Assembly: GCA_030704615.1 (NCBI GenBank)
Contig: CM060733.1
Location: 25,544,001-25,608,000 of the forward strand
DNA: 64,000 bases
Origin: Takakia lepidozioides
Lineage: Eukaryota > Plantae > Bryophyta
Reading direction: 5' to 3'
The translations under genes were made by a program, and so were the position numbers. Under the pieces are notes generated by a model. That model was not told the origin of the DNA, did no database searches, and was given only the letters and a program-made list of their open reading frames with translations. Of the stretch, positions 57,601-64,000 are shown one piece after another. How positions within the stretch are numbered: the first letter of the stretch is position 1; each line of letters begins with the position of its first letter.

Positions 57601-60158
57601 CCATCATCGAGGAAAATCCTTATCAACAAGGATGTACACCCTGGACGAAGGTGTATTCTTTTACTCAAAACAAAAACCATGATACCTTCACGATGCTGAG
57701 GGTGATCCTCCTCGTGATGAAACCCAGGTTGATGCTGCCCAAGACATGCCACATGACAGTCTCGAGGAACAAACATCGAAGCACACATGCGGTCCTAATT
57801 TGGTTGGTGGACTATCAAGTTTTGTATCGCACGTTACAAGTAAGCATTCTATCTATCGACCTGTTGAATACGATCCACCTGTTGGCTCGAGTTTGCATGA
57901 CGATCATACAGTTGTGGCCTCAACGTCATCGCCAACTCATTCAACATCCGAGCCTCCAATGGATCATCCCCCTGTAGACTCCAACCTACCTCTACATGCA
58001 CCATCATCCTATACAGGTGACCCTATCCATTCTCCTCCGTGCATCACACGTTCAAGAGCACCATCCACCAGACTTAGGGATCATTTAGTTTTCAACGTTG
58101 AAATTGAACATGATTTCCTTGATGAGCCAGTCAATTTTTCTGATGCGGCTTCTAACCCTGGATGGGTTCGTGCTATGGAAGAGGAGATGACTCCATCTCT
58201 AAGAACCAGACCTGGTCCCTCACAGATTTACCTCCAGGGAAACGACCTATTCATTCCAAGTGGGTTTACAAAGTGAAAGCTGGTTCTGATGGTCAACCTA
58301 TCAAACTTAAGGCAAGGCTAGTAGCAAAAGGATATGAACAACAAGCAGGTATTGATTTTGATGAGACATTTGCCCCGGTTGCAAAATGGAGTACAATTCG
58401 CAGCATGGTGGCTCTTGCAGCTAGCAATGATTGGGATGTTCTTCATATGGATATCAAGACCGCATTCCTCAATGGGGACTTGAAGGAGGATGTGTACATC
58501 ATCCGACTTCAAGGATTTGAAGTTGCTGGCTCTGAACACAAGGTCTGTAAACTCCACAAGGCTCTTTATGGCCTAAAGCAGGCATCCCGCGCATGGTATG
58601 AGAAAATTGATACTTTCCTACATGAACAAGGTATGACAAATTGCCAATCTGATCCAAATTTATACTACATATTTGAAGACGAGAAAATCTTGATCATGGT
58701 CATTTATGTAGATGATCTCCTCATCACTGGGAGTCATTCTTTGAAGATCAAGTGGCTACGTGACCAACTATCCAAGAGATTTGCCATATCCCTACTAGGT
58801 CACCTCAATTTATACCTAGGAGTGGAGTTCTTGCATCGACCTTACGGCATCATAATGTCTCACAAAAGGTTCATTCTTAAATGCCTTGATGATTTAGGTC
58901 TGGCAGAATGTTATCCTTCACCCGTTCCTCTCCCAGAAGGGACTAAGCTTTCCCTCGACATGTCTGCACCCCTTGTGGATCCCACTGAATATCGGTGCAT
59001 GGTAGGGAAACTCTTATACATTACCCATACTCATCTAGATATATCCTACGCTGTGGGACTTGTTTCACGCTATATGCAGGCTCCCCAACGTCCCCATTCT
59101 GATGCTGCCAAGCATATCTTCCGCTACCTAAAAGGGACTCAGAATTTGGCCATCTGTTATCGAAGGGGGGAAGCGCCCAATTCTTGTGGCTTTGTCGATA
59201 CTGACTATGCTGGAGATTTGGATGGTCGCAAATCCACCACCGGGTACATTTTCACCCTTGGAAATGGACCCATATCATGGAGCAGCAAGAAACAAGGATG
59301 TATGGCAAGGTCCTCAACAGACGGTGAATACATGGCTTTGTCTGAGGCGGCATGCGAAGCTATCTGGCTACGAAGATTATTCAACGAGATTAAGGTACGA
59401 GATGATGCACCCATGCTCATCAATTGTAATAACCAGAGTTCCATCAAGATGGCCCTCAACTCAGTGTTCCACAATCGAACGAAACATATTGACGTTGCCC
59501 ATCATTTCATTCGAGAGACTCAAAAAGATGGGAAAACTAAGCTTGCATACATTCCAGCAAAGGAACAGATGGCAGACATCTTGACAAAACCTTGGGTCGC
59601 ATTCAGTTTACAAAACTCAGGGAAAAGCTGAGTATGGTGGATTTGTCAGCGGCACCTAATAGTCCTGGAACGTCTTTGAATTCTTTGGGCTAACAAGCTA
59701 CGTGCATTTTTATGCCAATTCAACAGCGTCGAATTCCTTTTATGTCTGGACATTGCATTCTAGTGGCGTGCCACAGTCAAAGTCCCTCCGGGATTATATT
59801 GTTGGCACATGCGACCTAAAGGAGTCACGGCAGTTGGACCTTTCAGCCATGGCCAGATTTTGATCTTCAACTACTTGATTAGGAAGACCAGGAAGTGGAG
59901 ACACAGAGGGGGGGGGTATGTGATTCCTTCGGGATGCAATGAGGTCAGGTGCAAGGGGGGGTGTTGACATTTTATGCACCTATTCATTACGGTTTTCATT
60001 GGGTTTCGTAGGTACCTTGTAGTTAGTTAGGACAGGTAGGTAGATCGATCAAAGGGGGTTGTTTCTCCCTGCACTCTCAGTGTATATATACTTTACATGA
60101 AGCTGCTACAGTATCGATTTCAGGACTGTTCTTGTATAGTTTACTGTTTGTGTCTACA
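54600..60158 (+). mobile_element. Young full-length Ty1/copia LTR retrotransposon
   Basis: TSD ATGGA (54595-54599 and 60159-60163). LTRs TGTTGACA...GTCTACA at 54847-55042 and 59962-60158 with ~2 differences. PBS TGGTATCGGAGC (tRNA-iMet type) at 55043. PPT AAGGGGGGG before 59962. Confidence 0.97.
55390..59693 (+). pseudogene. gag-pol: Copia gag-pol (gag, CCHC, protease, GAG-pre-integrase, integrase, RT, RNase H) with ~3 frameshifts
   Basis: NYSTWKFRI, CNFCGDLGHLMRSC, WFLDSGATKH, LWHRRLGH, VHSDLCGP, LRSDRGGEY, KARLVAKG, YVDDLL, RTKHIDVAHHFIRE. Frameshifts near 57640, 58190 and 59590. Confidence 0.93.
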
Positions 60159-62533
60159 ATGGAGATAGTTCAAAAACCTACCAAGGCTTTTGAGGAGCCT
60201 GGACCAAGCAGCAATGAAATTTCCGACAGGTTTAGGCTTGGGATGCCTCGGTAGCATGGAAACATTCTCACTTCTATAGGAGTCCCGCAACATTTTATCT
60301 TCCAATCTGATTGATTGTAGTAGTCCCTTCCACTGTCTGAGTATTGCGCTTCAGTGCTGCATTCATAGACTGGGAGAATCCTACTTTATCCTGCAGGCAT
60401 CCCTACTAGTTACCTTCACCAATGAGGAAATACCTGCTGTGTCAGAGTGCTCTCATTGAGCTGTAACATACAGAAATTCCACAGAAACTTACATGCATCA
60501 GATCCATTGCCTTACTTGCTTGGTACAAAAGAAATTCTGTGACCAGAACACCGCCTGAAGCAACATCGAAACATGCAACACGGCACTGGCAGGTCATGCA
60601 GCTTGGAGATTTTGAACTCAATACTCACGATTCCTTGTTGATTGCTTCAAACATAGCACCCCTTGAAACTCTTGTGCGCCTTCTTGAGCCTACACTGGAG
60701 GTGAAAGCCGGTGATAGCATAGTGCCATGACCACTTGCGAGACTTTTCAATCCTGCAGATCGTATCTTGTTCTGGCGAAATTCTTTTGTTCAGTTGAAAT
60801 GACAAGCTTCAAGATTCACTTCTGCACATTACCATCTGATTGAATATTACATGTTTCTGTGGACGTCTTTACTTAGATCCTACCTGGCCGCATGAGCAAC
60901 CTGACTATGGGTGTCTACTGTAGAAGTTCCTTCATTTGAGAGCAGTGCTGACCTCTTACGAAGTACCGAGTACGTGCTTTCCTGAAGACGAGGACGTGAA
61001 GTTTTATGTGCAAAAGCAGGAAGATAAGGTCAGCCTGTAAACGAAAATGATGTAAATCCCAAGGCTCATGGCTCTATGGCCACCCCACCGAATTCCTCAG
61101 ACTGAATTGCTTTTATGACATCGAACAAGCCAGACCAAATGTGATCTGCATTATGCAACGTACCACCATAACGCAATTGGAATGACTCCGAGCTCAAGAG
61201 GATTCCTCGGAGGATATTATAATCGGAATGCTTTCACCGCCCATTCCCTTCGCGTGGGCCTTGGAACAAGAACAGCCCAAGAACTCTACTTCACCGTACA
61301 CAAGTGTCGCCCTAAGACGAAGTGCCTCAAGCAGTTAGGCCGTGAGCTTGGAGTCTTCAAACTTGGGAGACTCTAAAAATTGCTGTACCTTCCGTAAGAA
61401 GAAAAAATGGTGCTCTATTTCCACTTTCTGCAACGTGCAGACGGGACAGATTGTAGCCTCACTTCTCCATTCCAAGCCTAAGGCTGTCAGCCAACTCTCA
61501 TTACGCCGAAGACCCTGTGAGGATTGAACTGTGCGTAGTGGCCTGACTGGCAGCCGGTGTCCAGGTGCGGACGGCTTCCAACGAGCAGTTGGTCATCAGC
61601 TCACAACCTGTGACCTGCCGCGATTGTTTGTGGTGCCAATGATCCGCTGCAGGAATGCAGTCTGTAGATGATTTATAGTGGGCGCAAGCCCCCAGATGAC
61701 TCTTGAACAGTTCGGGTGAACAGTTGATGGCTCTTTGCGCAAGTGAGTTATGAGTGCCGTATGCCTCAGGCCATCTGCTTAATATCAATGCTACTCTGCA
61801 CCCGGTTTTTGCAACCTTTTCAAATGCCCGAAGCCCTAGGGATTGCATCCAAGCTTTTGTAAAGTCCGGCAAAAAAACAACGTATCTTTGTCGCTGCCAG
61901 TTCAATCGTGGCTTCGGGAGGGTGAAGACAAGCTTCTAAAGAACCAGAGGTTAACTGAAATAACCACATGGGTTGACTAGACCAATACAAAGCAGTTTGC
62001 GCGTTTAAGGTTCATGAATTGCACAAAGCTAAGTACTTTGAACATCAACTAAAATCTAGTAATCCCTCAACAAGACACGAAGAGATGAAGGCCTAGAATT
62101 AGTGATTGTGACGGCGTTAAACCGAGCGAACACGTAGATAGAGAAAAAGCCCATAGACTATGGGAAACAGATGACCAACATTTCAGAGCTATGCTGGGTT
62201 GGATATCCAGACAGACATGTTGCCAAGGAATCAGTGTGCAGTCTCAAATTTAAACTCCCGGGCAAGGATCTAAGATCCAGCATATATACAACACGTTCAC
62301 CACATACATGTGGCCAATCTAAAGTCTACCCAACTTTCAATTCAATGTATTACGAGGTCCTACTTCGTTCCTCATTGATTGCATGGAGAAGTTTGCAAGT
62401 GAATGAATAGAGGCAGTAGTTTTTCGCTAGCCATCCGAAACACACAACGTACTAACAAGTGTCTCTCAAGATCCTTTGGATTTAAGAGGACTTGCAAGAG
62501 ACTACTTTAATGTCGTTCAGCAGTTCGGAAGCG

Positions 62534-63649
62534 TCATTGAGAGCCTGTGCCAGAACAAGTATCATCAGCGTCATATTCTATTAAAGGGTCGTCGTCCTCG
62601 CAAGAGTCGACACCATGCGGAGCGTGCCCATTGCCAAAAGCTCTGATGTGGTCTTTGAGAGACCGTTTGTGCTTGGAAGTCTGAGCCACAGGTGCAGAAC
62701 CAGAACATGCCACAGTTCTTCTCATGAGTGCGCCAATCGCCTCGGACTGCAAAGGCCTTGCTGCACTTGCGGCAAACAAATGGTTTGATGCCATGCTTTC
62801 TCTTGTAATGTGTCTGCAACGTGCGGAAATCTTTCAGGGGCTTGGCACGCGGATGTTCAATACTGTTACGGCAACCTTCGGCACAGCAATAGCAAGGCAG
62901 TCTAAGCATGGCTGTTGGCTGCGTGCCCCGTAATGATTCCGGACCTTTTCTATATTGTGATCCGTGGCCCCACATGTGCATCTGCAGTCAAGTTCACCCC
63001 AGATCAGGTATCACAGTTCGTCAGATCTAGATTATCCAAGTTATGCAATTACGAACTCGTAATGTTTTTTGAAGCTCCAAGTTCGCAGTGACATGATGTA
63101 CAGAAGAACTGCAAAAGACAACTGATCGAACAAGGCCTGCCGCAAAGAAAAAGTGCTAACCTGCATGTTGTTGTAGCGATTGAATGTCTTGCTGCAGACT
63201 GGACATGAAAATTGTGTAGGCCCAATCAGAATCTGTGCTGGAGTAGGAATCCAGTAGTGGCCTTCAAGCAACCGTCCTCGTCCCCGCTGAAATCGATCGT
63301 TCTCGGCACTAAGGGCGTGATACCCACCACCCTCATCTTTCATTCCCAAGATCAAAGCATCCGATGATGGGGGTCCAATACGAAGTGCAACTGAACATAC
63401 ATTGTCATTAGAATGTTCACATGCATTACAGTCTGATACTAGTAAGGCACTTCTCACCGCCGAAGAGTACTCTGGCTGGTGATCAAAGGTACTTGGGAGA
63501 CTCAAGCTCAGGAACGGTAGCAGATCAGGAGAGGGGAGAGAGGGAGAGGACACAAATCGCAGATCACGAGGAGAGGACACGCACCGCTGCCATTGAACGC
63601 AACCACCATTTCTATCCACCCCTCGACTCAAGCTAAACTGTGGACACAT
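62534..63649 (-). CDS. WIP: WIP-family C2H2 zinc-finger transcription factor (2 exons; apparent 1-bp frameshift near 62676)
   Basis: [32 protein letters not shown] | intron 62982-63160 | [63 protein letters not shown]. The ATG at 63649 is inferred. Confidence 0.92.
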
Positions 63650-64000
63650 ATCCTCGGGAAACGACTCCAAGTTATATATGTGAACAGTACATAGAGTAGT
63701 GGGAGGACAGTTGGGCACTCTATATTAGTTAGACCGACAAGAGAGTCAATGTGTCCGACCAAATGTCTGCCGAGTGTCTGCAGCTCTTTAACACTGCCAT
63801 TGATTCTATGCCACACAAGGAAGAGTGCGGAACCTAGTGCACAGCTTACCTGGAGCAAAATAATATATCTAACACAGTTCTAACAAAATTGTTTTCTCTC
63901 CCCACTCTCTCTCTCGCTCCCTAACTCTTCTCTTTCGTATATTATATATGTCTTGCTCATGAGGGTGGGGCCGTACAGCTCAATATTTAGCAAAGACAGA

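Noticed and set aside
60300-62500. Short ORFs between the RLK and WIP genes
   Set aside because: No recognisable domains or exon structure; treated as intergenic/UTR.

Overview
Eukaryotic land-plant genomic DNA with GT-AG introns. The repeat content (Tcn1-like chromovirus, DUF659 hAT, CAGTGTTGGGCGGTTCTC MITE) suggests a non-seed plant; this is an inference. The left ~44 kb is nested transposon sequence. It holds a gypsy gag remnant, a chromoviral Ty3/gypsy element with three LTR copies and a self-priming-type PBS, and LINE fragments. It also holds a ~16 kb decayed multi-gene unit (16.2-32.1 kb) with a hAT transposase, a RING protein and an atypical protein kinase. That unit carries two arrays of GCGACCGCC-palindromes, blocks of a 120-bp stem-loop repeat and a cluster of long imperfect hairpins. 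Next come a gypsy 3' half with extra ORFs and a truncated GDT1/CMT1-like gene. The right part holds an 18-exon LRR receptor-like kinase whose last exon is interrupted by a young Ty1/copia element, and a WIP-type C2H2 zinc-finger gene. The best candidate for an undescribed system is the 16-32 kb unit with its structured-RNA-like cargo. All coordinates and alignments were done by eye. Region ~6.1-10.8 kb looks error-rich (possibly poorly polished).
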